Source: Aulosira sp. ZfuVER01
GTDB lineage: Bacteria > Cyanobacteriota > Cyanobacteriia > Cyanobacteriales > Nostocaceae
Direction: 5' to 3'
Length of the DNA stretch: 64,000 nt
NCBI GenBank assembly: GCA_034530615.2
Contig: JAVRCV020000015.1
Location: 1-64,000 of the forward strand
Of this stretch, positions 40,478 to 50,513 are shown piece after piece (positions within the stretch are counted from its first letter, which is position 1; every line of letters begins with the position of its first letter). The position numbers and the translations under genes are program-made. The notes under the pieces are model-generated. The model was given only the letters and a program-made list of their open reading frames with translations, had not been told where the DNA came from and made no database searches.

Positions 40478-41905
40478 TTACGAAAGAAGACCATTTAGAT
40501 CCTTCACTAATAGTGCTTTATCAGTTATTGCTGTTATGTCTCCATTCCCACCACGACAACATACAAAGTGTATATTTCCACTAATGCTCTGTAAGAGTTG
40601 AGACAAAGTTATTGAGAACGTTGAGTCTAGCCTTGTCCATTTCCCCGTACTTAGATCCATTATGAGACAGGGTATTTGATCGTCTCCCTGCAAGTAATAG
40701 TCCTGGGGGTTAGCCTTACCAATAGTACACTGCTGCTCGCTAATAGCTTGAACACCAGCCTCTTGAAGCATTTTCAAGATACTTTCTAAATTTAAACAAT
40801 CCCGCTTAATCATTGTCGCTATCGTTATTCCTGTGTTTACATCCAACAAAGTATTTTGCTTAGCCCAGAAAGTTAATATTGTCCCTCTGGGAGAATCAAT
40901 GGAGGAAAACTCTTTTGGCGTACCATGTCCCAGATACAACCAGTTTCCTTGTTTTGTTGCGCCTACTTTCGATTGCATCAAGGCTTTTAGCTGTATCTCA
41001 ACGCCTACAAATCGTTTTTCTAAAGTTTGTGTTGTTCTGGTCAACGCCTCAATCTGTTGCCTTAACACACCAGCATTTACTAAACGGCTTTCAACACGAT
41101 TTGTAAGTGCGGTTATCTTAGCCTGTTGAAGTGATTCAATTTTCTTCTGAAGAGCGTCAAGTTGCGATGTATAATAATCAAAGTTATTTTGCAATTTTTT
41201 GAGCTGATCTAAATCTTCCGTGTCATCTATCTTCTGAGCTAAAGTGTCCATTTTTTTTCGCCACGCCACTTTTAGATCTTCATAAGCCTCCAAATCTTCA
41301 AACTTACTATAAGTAGAGGCTTATTTTGCTGAATACCTAACAGCGTAGATGTAGAAATCCTGTGTAATGATTTCATTTTGGAAAAAAGATTGAGACTGAT
41401 AGCCACATTCAAGGATGCCCACAAAAAGAGTTAAACCTGGAGCAAGTGGTTCACTTTTTATTTCCCTTTTGGCTGTCACTTCTGTGCTTGCCATAAAAGA
41501 CTGAAGGATGCCAGAAATCACATCAAAAGCTTTTGCTGCAATATATTCGTCAAGTTTAGCAATTGCGGTGAATGCAGGTGCAATATCTTCAGACTTTTTG
41601 TCTGCAACTTTAGCTCCAGGAGGGGGAGGAGCAGTACCAAAAATAGCATCTTTAACTGCTCCAATAATTTTAGTAACATTATCAAGTGACCAATCCTTAA
41701 CATGTTGAACATCTACATTTTCACCATCAAGGAAAGGTTTTGCATCGTCCCAGCCACCACTAGAGTAATGTTTAGAAATAGTTTCGTTGACTTGATTCCG
41801 AACATCCGCTGCCTTTTTATTGATGTCATCTAGCAACTCGTCTAGATATTGTCGAAATTTGCGGTCTTGATCACGTAGCTCGTCGATAGAGGGAGAGTGT
41901 CCCAT
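40478..41905 (-). pseudogene. Single 475-codon gene split by an in-frame TAA (41321-41323): unknown N-terminal domain, coiled coil, C-terminal GHG...CCRG domain
   Basis: ORFs 41321-41905 and 40478-41293 share a frame and are joined by 9 sense codons (YSAK*ASTYSKFEDLEAY); the downstream ORF has only a TTG start with no obvious RBS. Confidence 0.7.
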
Positions 41906-42159
41906 AAAAAGCTCCTAGATAGAAGTTGAAATCTAACATAGTTTAATCTTGTCTGTGTAATCTAGTCTCGACAACCGAAAATGACGAACTTAGTAACTAA
42001 TTTAAAGACTTCTTATCTTCAAGCTTCTAAATTGAGGAAAGTCATGATTCCAAACATTACATTACAAGGCTTGACATCATGTGCCATTTCCTCCTTAAAT
42101 TCGGTTGGTAAAACTTAATTTCAGCATTTACAGTCATAAAGCGTTAAATCAATTACCAA

Positions 42160-42669
42160 CAATTAGATCAGACACAGGTAAGCGTAACTGTCCATAACTT
42201 CAGATACCGATCTTTTTAGATGATCAATCGCACTTATTTAGCAGTATTTCCAAAGCAGCGATACCCCTAAAAAAAACAGAATCAAAAGCAGGCAACAAAA
42301 AAGGCGATCGCTCTCAATAACTAATAAAGAAAGCTATCGCACTCAGTAACACATAAAAAAGTGCGATCGCCAAGATATTTAAATCGAGTTTTCACAACCG
42401 AAGTTAACTAACTTAAGCGCTTCTTGTCTTTAAGTCCCCAAAGCAATGCTCCGGATTGGCGATCGCTTCCCAATTTTCCCATTACACCAACAGCAATCGC
42501 CTCAGACTTTGGGATTATTGGTGCGATCGCCGATACATTTGAGACCAATCGAAAAACCTGTCCAATCTGAGTACAATTTGATTAGACACAGGCAAGCGTG
42601 ACCTTCCATGACAACAGCCACCGATATTCGTAGAAGAGCGATCGCACTGATTGAGCAGTTATCCCCAGA
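42160..42669. repeat. Right-hand copies of the 39.6-39.9 kb repeats
   Basis: Degenerate copy of 39682-39912 at ~42160-42371 and a near-identical 144-bp copy at 42526-42669. Confidence 0.8.
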
Positions 42670-42972
42670 AAAGTTAAGTGCTGTCGTTCAATTATTGGAG
42701 TTTCTGTCTGAACCCTCAGAACAAGCTGCATCCAATCCTCAGGAGATAGCGCTGCTGGAAGTCATCCAACGTCGCCTTCCGCCCGATCAGCAGCAACGAT
42801 TACAGGAGTTACGCGATCGCTGTAAATGGGGCGAACTCACCGAAATCGGACATGAAAAATTGATCCACTATGAGGATCAGCTAGAACAGTGGCTAGATTG
42901 CCTAGAAGCTCTTAGGAGTTAGCAAGGCTAAAGAATATTGACTTGCTTACCTTGAATCGTCAATTTCAATAG
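42608..42972 (+). pseudogene. Small antitoxin-like hypothetical protein with an apparent 3' frameshift
   Basis: MTTATDIRRRAIALIEQLSPEKL..VVQLLEFL; after LEAL the natural-looking tail ELARLKNIDLLTLNRQFQ* continues in another frame; a truncated copy starts at 39717. Confidence 0.55.
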
Positions 42973-43504
42973 ACTCGTCCTAAAACTTGCAAGCAACTAG
43001 TGTTTTCCGAAAATACAACAGCAGAGAAAGACGATGGCTGCGCCAACGTCTGCGACGATCGCACTCATCAATGTGACACACTTCTCTATGGCATTAACCA
43101 ACCTCAACCGTGCAACTGCAATAATATTGAGTGATTTGCGATCGCGGACTTCATGAAAATCCGTAAAATTACTTAACGTCCATGCGACAATAAAGCAAGT
43201 AACATAAAAATTGCTGGATAAGTTTGCTTCATTCCGTCTTTTAACTCTGACGTACTTGCGGTCGGAAATGGTGCGTTGCATCTGTGTTCGCTAACAGAAT
43301 TCTTGAAACATTCCTTTTAATAGGGTGCATTTTTTACAATCAAGACTTTATTAAGTCGTAGATAACTTTGTAGATTTCGCAACTGAAGTTATTTACTGCT
43401 GAATTTTGCCAGTCATCTCCTGTTTGCTGGTGCATTTTAACTGATGCACTAGAAACGGTCATGTTTATCCATAAAAAATACATTTATAATCTGCGAGGTT
43501 TCCA

Positions 43505-44929
43505 ATGAAATCCCAACAAAGGAGCCGTAGACGTGGTGTAATCCTAACGCCCCAAGGATTGCAGAAACTCCAAGATGCAAAATCTGAATCAGAAAGTAAT
43601 GAAAATTTCGATCAACGTTATACCCGTGAAGCCTTAGGCTTTCGCATGAGGTTAGATCCAGATACAGTAGCAAAGGTATTTGCTTGTGAAGTGGGGGTAG
43701 ATCGGCAAACCCTGAAGTACTGTTTTGGTGCATTTAACCTGCAACTTGAATCCCAAGACTATCAATTTGCCAATCCTGATAACTATCTCCAGAACGGTAA
43801 CAAAGAAATCCAAACTTCGCTCTCTTGGGGAGAAGCACCAGATGTCTCCCTTTGTTGCGGACGCAGCGAAGAACTGGCAACTCTCAAGCAGTGGATTTTA
43901 AATGAATCTCCTACAAATAAGGCAATACCCTGCCGTTTTATTACTCTATTGGGCATGGGTGGTATCGGTAAAACCTGGCTATCCGTAAAACTTACTCAAC
44001 AGCTTCAGGATCAGTTTGAGTTCGTGATTTGGCGATCGCTCTTACCTCGTCCTCCCCTCAAAGACTTATTATCTGACCTCATTAGCTTCTTATCCAACGG
44101 ACAAGACACGAATTTACCAGATAACGTACATGGCGGAATGTCACGGTTTATTGATTATTTACAACACCACCGTTGTCTGCTGGTTTTAGATGGGGTGGAT
44201 GCTGTTTTACAAGATTGTGTAACTCAAAAGTCGGCTTGCAACAGTTGCGTCTGGTTTCCTGACAAAGGAGATCGAGAGTATCGAGAATTTTTTAAGCGGT
44301 TGGGAGAATCTACCCATAAAAGCTGCTTGATCCTCACAAGTCGCGATCAGCCAAAAGAAATTACACCATTGGCAGGTGAAATCTGCCCAGTGCGAGTCTT
44401 CCATCTCAACGGCTTGCAAATGCCAGATGTTCAGGAACTTTTCAACACCAAGGGTGTTTTTGAGGGAACCCCAGAAGATTGGTACAGACTGGTAGAATCT
44501 TATGCAGGACACCCCCTGGCTTTAAATCTTGTCTCCACCACTATTCAAAATTTATTTGCTGGCAAAATTGGTGAATTTTTGCAGCAACAAACCCCTGTTT
44601 TCGGTGAAGTGTCCAACCTGTTAGAACAGCAATGGCAATGCTTATCAGATACAGCTAAGGAAATTCTCAAATCCTTGGCATTCCATTGCCAACCGATTTC
44701 ATTTGCTCAATTGCGATCGCATCTGGCATCTTCCATCTCACCCCAAATTTTATTGGAGGTGTTGGAGTCTTTGCAAGTGCGATCGCTCATTGAAACCCAG
44801 GGGGCTAGGTTCTCGCTACATCCTTTAGTTATAGAATATGTCAATTCCCAACTCATTCCCCAGAATAATGCACAATTTCAGCAGAGTCTCTTGCCCGATC
44901 AAAAGCATGAACTCCAAATTGCCAGTTAA
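43505..44929 (+). CDS. HTH + NB-ARC (STAND NTPase) protein without a C-terminal repeat domain
   Basis: RGVILTPQGLQKL N-terminus, WGEAPDV, GMGGIGKT, LLVLD, ILTSR, GHPLAL, FSLHP. Confidence 0.88.
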   Translation: MKSQQRSRRRGVILTPQGLQKLQDAKSESESNENFDQRYTREALGFRMRLDPDTVAKVFACEVGVDRQTLKYCFGAFNLQLESQDYQFANPDNYLQNGNKEIQTSLSWGEAPDVSLCCGRSEELATLKQWILNESPTNKAIPCRFITLLGMGGIGKTWLSVKLTQQLQDQFEFVIWRSLLPRPPLKDLLSDLISFLSNGQDTNLPDNVHGGMSRFIDYLQHHRCLLVLDGVDAVLQDCVTQKSACNSCVWFPDKGDREYREFFKRLGESTHKSCLILTSRDQPKEITPLAGEICPVRVFHLNGLQMPDVQELFNTKGVFEGTPEDWYRLVESYAGHPLALNLVSTTIQNLFAGKIGEFLQQQTPVFGEVSNLLEQQWQCLSDTAKEILKSLAFHCQPISFAQLRSHLASSISPQILLEVLESLQVRSLIETQGARFSLHPLVIEYVNSQLIPQNNAQFQQSLLPDQKHELQIAS

Positions 44930-44957
44930 CTAGCCATGAATTACGAACTACGAATTT

Positions 44958-46754
44958 CTAAGGTTTGCTGTATTTTGCTACCAGACTAGCTAATAGAGGT
45001 AAATCAATTGGTTTAGAAATATAGTCATTTACTCCAGCAGTCAGACAAGTTTCGCGATCGCCTTTCATTGCCATTGCTGTTTGGGCAATTACCGGAGTCA
45101 TCTGATAATGCTGGTTTTCTCTCAGTTGCCGTACTAAGTTCAGGCCATGATCATCCGGCAAATTCACATCCATTAAAACTACTGCTGGGTTGATATTTTC
45201 TAGCGCTTCCCACATCTCGGCAGCATTTTTTACCCAAGTTACTTGATAGCCCAATTTTTCTAAATAAATTTGTATCAATTTAGCGTTATTTAAGTCATTT
45301 TCCACTAACAAAATTTCTAAAAGAGAGCTAGGGGCGCTAGGTAGAGGCGGAGAGGAAGATGAATCAGCAATTTCACCCCCAATTCCTGCTAATTCCCCAA
45401 TGGGATTTAGGGGCAGTACGATAGTAAAACGCGAGCCACAATCAACTTCAGATTCGACTTCTATACAACCACCGTGAACTTCTGCGAGTTTGCGAGTCAC
45501 GGCTAAACCTAAACCAGTACCTTCATGACGAGCAACTGTGGAGTTAGCAATTTGGAAGTACGGTTGAAACAGTTGAGTTTGGTCTGCTTTGGATATACCA
45601 GTGCCAGTATCCCAAACTGTAAAATTCACAAAACTACCTTGAGCCACAACCTTTAAACCAACAGTTCCTGTAGTTGTAAACTTAAGAGCGTTGAAGAGTA
45701 AATTCAACAGCATTTGTTTTAGACGTAACGGATCGGCAACAAGAGTTGTTACATCTGTGTCTAGATCCAAAAGCAGCTTTAAACCCTTGTTGGCAGCTTT
45801 TTCTTTGACTAATGCCAAAACATTGCGACATAGCGCTGGTACATCGACTATTTCCCACTGCACTTCCAGCTGGTTGGCTTCAATTTTAGAGAGATCCAAA
45901 ATATCATTTATTAGCGCTAGCAGGTGCTTGCCACTGGATTGAATAATATTTAAATATTCTTGATGACGTTCTTTAGTCGGATCGTAGCCTTGAGCTAAAA
46001 GCAGGTGGGTAAAACCGATGATAGAACTCAACGGTGTGCGGATTTCGTGACTCGTATTTGCCAAAAACTGGTTTTTAAGTTGATTGGTACGCTCCAGTTC
46101 TCGATTAGAACTACCTAAGTATTGGGTTTTTTGTTGCCAAGATTGTATTTGTCTTAGCTGTGCCAACACTACATTGCAGTACTTAACAGCCCGTGCAATT
46201 AGTTGCGATCTAAATTGAGGTTCTAATCCTGGGAAAGAATCACAATCCGGTCTAACTTGTATCTTGGCAATTATTAGCCAGACTACCATCCCACCAGAAT
46301 CATCGCTCAACTGCCAAGCGTTGGGTGGTTCTTGATTCTCAAGGTGCTGCAAATCTTCGAGTTCTACCGGCTCGTCCAATCTCAAGCGTAGCTTTCTGCC
46401 TTTTTTGGAGATTGCTTCTAGCTGTGGAAGTTGCGATCGCCGGGATGGCGATGGAGAAACATAACAGACTTTACCAGTTATTTCTTGCGGTTGGAACAGA
46501 GCGATCGCCACCTGGGTGCTATTTAAAGCATGGTTAAGATCGTTGACCAAAATTTGGAAAATTTCTGCTTCTGTCGCTCTTTGCTGTGGCAAAGTAGTAC
46601 AAGCAGAAAGCAGGCAATCATTAAGATGGCTTTGCAACTGGTTCAAGCTGCTTTCCAGCCACAACTCGGCCCGAAGTTGCTGGATTGTGGTCAAAAGTGT
46701 TTGAGTTGCATCTATCTGTGAGTTCTGTTCTGGTAAGCTTGAATACTGCTGCAT
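44958..46754 (-). CDS. hrmK: Hybrid histidine kinase/response regulator, HrmK-like
   Basis: TSHEIRTPL, NALKFT, DTGTG, GTGLGL, C-terminal REC; N-terminal IQQLRAELWLE and position next to natD as I recall for Nostoc HrmK. Confidence 0.7.
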   Translation of the reverse strand: MQQYSSLPEQNSQIDATQTLLTTIQQLRAELWLESSLNQLQSHLNDCLLSACTTLPQQRATEAEIFQILVNDLNHALNSTQVAIALFQPQEITGKVCYVSPSPSRRSQLPQLEAISKKGRKLRLRLDEPVELEDLQHLENQEPPNAWQLSDDSGGMVVWLIIAKIQVRPDCDSFPGLEPQFRSQLIARAVKYCNVVLAQLRQIQSWQQKTQYLGSSNRELERTNQLKNQFLANTSHEIRTPLSSIIGFTHLLLAQGYDPTKERHQEYLNIIQSSGKHLLALINDILDLSKIEANQLEVQWEIVDVPALCRNVLALVKEKAANKGLKLLLDLDTDVTTLVADPLRLKQMLLNLLFNALKFTTTGTVGLKVVAQGSFVNFTVWDTGTGISKADQTQLFQPYFQIANSTVARHEGTGLGLAVTRKLAEVHGGCIEVESEVDCGSRFTIVLPLNPIGELAGIGGEIADSSSSPPLPSAPSSLLEILLVENDLNNAKLIQIYLEKLGYQVTWVKNAAEMWEALENINPAVVLMDVNLPDDHGLNLVRQLRENQHYQMTPVIAQTAMAMKGDRETCLTAGVNDYISKPIDLPLLASLVAKYSKP

Positions 46755-46936
46755 GGTCAACTAGACCGTTGAACAAGTTTCGCTTCGCACAAGAGTGCGA
46801 ACAGGATCTTATGTATATTAGCGCACATTTGTTTTTATTTATAAAGCATAACCTATAGTGTCGAATGTGACGAAGATCCCACAATTTAATGTACGAAATC
46901 ACTAAGCTTGGAATTTCTTAAGATCAACTTAAGACT

Positions 46937-47803
46937 ATGGATTTACAACTTGCTCAATTAATTATCAATGGAATTGCTGTAGGGAGTATTATTGCTCTAG
47001 CGGCAGTCGGACTGACTCTAACATACGGGATTTTACGGTTGTCAAATTTTGCTCACGGTGACTTTCTCACTTTGGGAGCTTACCTGACGCTGCTAGTAAA
47101 TACTGCTGGTATTAATATTTGGTTGTCGATGATCCTGGCTGCGGCAGGAACAGTAGCGACAATGCTGTTATCCGAAAAGTTGCTGTGGTCAAGAATGCGG
47201 AGTCTCCGCGCTACTTCCACTACGCTAATTATTATTTCCATCGGACTTGCCTTATTCTTACGTAATGGGATTATTCTGATTTGGGGTGGTAAGAACCAAA
47301 ATTACAATGTACCTGTTACCTCAGCTTTAGACATCTTTGGCTTAAAAGTGCCGCAAAATCAATTGTTGGTATTGGGTTTAGCAGTGCTAGCTATTTTAGC
47401 GCTGCATTACCTCTTACAAAACACCAAAATTGGCAAGGCGATGCGAGCTGTAGCTGACGATCTAGACTTAGCTAGGGTTTCTGGTATTAATGTAGAACAA
47501 GTAATTCTCTGGACTTGGGTAATTGCTGGCACACTGACATCCTTAGGAGGTAGTATGTACGGCTTGATTACTGCTGTGCGCCCAAATATGGGGTGGTTTT
47601 TGATTTTGCCCCTATTCGCCTCAGTGATTTTGGGTGGAATTGGCAATCCTTATGGTGCGATCGCCGCCGCTTTTATCATTGGTATAGTCCAAGAAGTCAG
47701 CACTCCTTGGCTCGGTTCTCAATATAAACAAGGTGTAGCGCTGTTAATTATGATTTTGGTGCTGCTCATTCGTCCCAAAGGTTTATTCAAAGGCACGATT
47801 TGA
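46937..47803 (+). CDS. natD: Neutral/branched-chain amino acid ABC transporter permease (LivH-like)
   Basis: GLTLTYGILRLSNFAHGD, GKAMRAVADD, ILGGIG, RPKGLF. Confidence 0.88.
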   Translation: MDLQLAQLIINGIAVGSIIALAAVGLTLTYGILRLSNFAHGDFLTLGAYLTLLVNTAGINIWLSMILAAAGTVATMLLSEKLLWSRMRSLRATSTTLIIISIGLALFLRNGIILIWGGKNQNYNVPVTSALDIFGLKVPQNQLLVLGLAVLAILALHYLLQNTKIGKAMRAVADDLDLARVSGINVEQVILWTWVIAGTLTSLGGSMYGLITAVRPNMGWFLILPLFASVILGGIGNPYGAIAAAFIIGIVQEVSTPWLGSQYKQGVALLIMILVLLIRPKGLFKGTI

Positions 47804-47824
47804 GCAGCACCGCTCAACTTCTAA

Positions 47825-47962
47825 CTATTGGATGATATTGAAGTAATAGGCCGCAACTAAGAAGTTGATCGCTAACAACAACAATGCCCAACCAGTACGG
47901 AAGGGATAGGGAGGTTTAGCTCCACTGTCAGCAACCGGGGAATTTTTACTTTTAGCAGTCAT
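47825..47962 (-). CDS. psaX: Photosystem I subunit PsaX (45 aa, absent from the ORF track)
   Basis: Own translation: MTAKSKNSPVADSGAKPPYPFRTGWALLLLAINFLVAAYYFNIIQ; RBS AGGAG. Confidence 0.95.
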   Translation of the reverse strand: MTAKSKNSPVADSGAKPPYPFRTGWALLLLAINFLVAAYYFNIIQ

Positions 47963-48050
47963 TAGGCTGTTCTCCTAAATTTCAGGACTTTTTAAGACAT
48001 ACCAAACAGGTGTACCGATTGCCCAAATTCTTTAAAAATATTTGTGTAGT

Positions 48051-48103
48051 TTGGGCATTGGGCATCGGGCATTGGGCATTGGGCATGGGGCATCGGGCAT
48101 TGG
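48051..48103. repeat. STRR heptamer tandem repeat
   Basis: (TTGGGCA/TCGGGCA/TGGGGCA)n, about 7 copies. Confidence 0.9.
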
Positions 48104-48158
48104 ACAAAAGTCATTAGTTATTTATGGTCTACTCCCCTTGTCCCTTTTCCTCTGCTGC

Positions 48159-49064
48159 TCACGTCTCTTCACCTGCATGGTAGGAACTGCGAACCAGAGG
48201 CCCGGAACGGACATGGCTGAATCCCATCTTCCATGCTACGCTGCCGAGTCGATCGAATTCCTCTGGAGTCCAGTATTTTTGAACTGGCAGATGTTCCAAA
48301 GACGGTCGCATATATTGACCAATGGTTAAGCGATCGCATCCGACTGCTCTTAAATCTGTCATTGTTTCAATGACTTCATCGCTGGTTTCTCCATGTCCTA
48401 GCATCAAACCTGATTTCGTGGGGATGGAAGAATCTATTTCTTTTACAATTGCAAGGACACGGAGCGAGCGATCGTACTTCGCTCCCCGGCGGACTGGCCC
48501 GGTTAAGCGTCGCACTGTCTCGATATTGTGGTTAAAACAAGCTGGCTTCGCCCTGACAATCATCGCTATCCGTTGGCGTTGACCTTCTTCCCCAGCCCCT
48601 ACACCGCCCCAAAAATCTGGTGTCAACACTTCAATTTGAGTTTCTGGGTTCAACTGACGGATAGTTTTCATTGTTTGGACAAAATGACCCGCACCTTGAT
48701 CTGCCAAGTCATCACGGGCGACAGAAGTCAAAACCACATAACGTAAACCCAAAAGCTGCACTGCTTCTGCCACCTTTTGCGGTTCTTCTAGGTCAACAGG
48801 CATTGGTGCATGGCCTTTATCTACTTGACAAAATGCACAAGAGCGTGTGCAAGTAGGCCCCATTAGTAAAAAAGTTGCTGTTTTTTGGGCATAGCATTCC
48901 CCCCGATTAGGGCAACGTCCTTCTTCGCAAATTGTATGGATTTGGCGCTGCTTAATAATGCGTTGTACGGTAGAGATTTCACTGGCTTTGCCGATAGAGC
49001 GACGTAACCAGCTAGGCATTGCCATAATTTCTGACTTGAGTTGGGCTTGTTGTGACGAAGTCAT
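48159..49064 (-). CDS. lipA: Lipoyl synthase
   Basis: [26 protein letters not shown]; start uncertain. Confidence 0.96.
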   Translation of the reverse strand: MTSSQQAQLKSEIMAMPSWLRRSIGKASEISTVQRIIKQRQIHTICEEGRCPNRGECYAQKTATFLLMGPTCTRSCAFCQVDKGHAPMPVDLEEPQKVAEAVQLLGLRYVVLTSVARDDLADQGAGHFVQTMKTIRQLNPETQIEVLTPDFWGGVGAGEEGQRQRIAMIVRAKPACFNHNIETVRRLTGPVRRGAKYDRSLRVLAIVKEIDSSIPTKSGLMLGHGETSDEVIETMTDLRAVGCDRLTIGQYMRPSLEHLPVQKYWTPEEFDRLGSVAWKMGFSHVRSGPLVRSSYHAGEET

Positions 49065-49322
49065 AGACATCCAAGCAAGATCCAAAGGTACTGTAGGGCA
49101 AGTTTCCTATGCTCTAGCGCAAGGTTCAAGCCTTAAATATCACCATGACACAATTTGCCAAGAATATAAGCCGAAGTTTTTTAAAACACATCCAGTAACA
49201 TCACTTATAGCGGAATATACTCTCCCCCATTCAAGATAAATTTTGGATATAGTGGGAGCATTCTCAACGTCCAACGGCAAAATAGCCATCTTCACCTATA
49301 GTTTCTGTTAGAGTAATCAGTC

Positions 49323-49964
49323 GTGGCAAGTAACAAAATCCTAGTTATTGATGACACCACAGTTGTCAGAGTAAAAGTACGAGAAATGTTGCCTCCTGGC
49401 AATTTCGAGGTTGTGGAAGCAAAAGACGGCTTGGAAGGACTTAATTTTATCCTTAAAGAAAAATTCAACTTAATCATGTTGGATTTTCTCTTACCCAAAA
49501 TGAGTGGTTGGGAAGTGTTCCAGCAAATTCAAGCCCAGCCAGAGTTAAGGAAGATTCCCTTAGTGATGATGTCTGGCCGTAAGGAAGAAGTGACGGAGAA
49601 AATTCCCGAACCCTTTGAATATTTTGAATTTCTTGGGAAGCCCTTTGACCAGAAGCAACTAATTGGTGCTATTAAATCAGCAATGGCGAAATCCAAACAG
49701 GTACGCCCAGAACCTGTTTTGGTAGGAGCTGGTGTTGCTGTTAGTAATGCTCCAGTCTCAACTTCTAGTTACGGTAATGGTACAGTCACAACTTCTAGCA
49801 CTAGTACTACTAGTAGTGCTGTTCCAACACCTGTTGTTGAGGCTGCTCCCTCTGCGGAAATTGAGATGCTCAATGAAAAAATCGTCAAGATGCAAGCAGA
49901 AATTGATGGTTTGAAGAAACAACTAGCTCAGGTTGTGACTTTTATTAAACAGAAAGTTAAGTAG
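49323..49964 (+). CDS. Response regulator receiver protein with C-terminal coiled coil
   Basis: ILVIDD, LDFLLPKMSG, GKPF; GTG start. Confidence 0.9.
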   Translation: MASNKILVIDDTTVVRVKVREMLPPGNFEVVEAKDGLEGLNFILKEKFNLIMLDFLLPKMSGWEVFQQIQAQPELRKIPLVMMSGRKEEVTEKIPEPFEYFEFLGKPFDQKQLIGAIKSAMAKSKQVRPEPVLVGAGVAVSNAPVSTSSYGNGTVTTSSTSTTSSAVPTPVVEAAPSAEIEMLNEKIVKMQAEIDGLKKQLAQVVTFIKQKVK

Positions 49965-50513
49965 CTATCATTATTGATGTACACCCCTTTGGGGTACTCT
50001 GAACACCCTGATTACTAGTACTGAATAACCAATACGCGATCGCATCTGGATATATTTTGCCCGATTTCGCAAATATGTATGGTCGAGTGTACTGAAAAAG
50101 ATTAATAACCCCAACTGCTATGTCAAACAAAGCAGCTATAGAAAGACTAGCCCTGCCAAATTTTCTTCTAACAAGAGATAAAGGCAGGGTTTTTTATTGA
50201 GCAGAGCGATCGCGCCTGCTAGGCTGAAATACATTGAATCTGCATCATTACTTATCAAGGTTTTTCAGAGTCCAGAATAACTATTGAGGACTCTTGATCT
50301 TTGACTACCCTACACGAAAAATATCCAATTTAAAAGTTTGACAGCTTATTTTTTCAATTTTGATATTTTTAATTACAGTAATTATTTTAATTTATTGCGA
50401 AGTACAACATTAAAATATACAGAACAAACAAAACTAAAACTATTTAATGATAGTGCTAACTATGTCATGGGAATACTGAACCATAGAAATAAAATTTATA
50501 ATCGCAGGCTACA

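Noticed and set aside
42997..43281. 94-aa minus-strand ORF
   Set aside because: No motif or RBS support; lies in the upstream region of the NB-ARC gene
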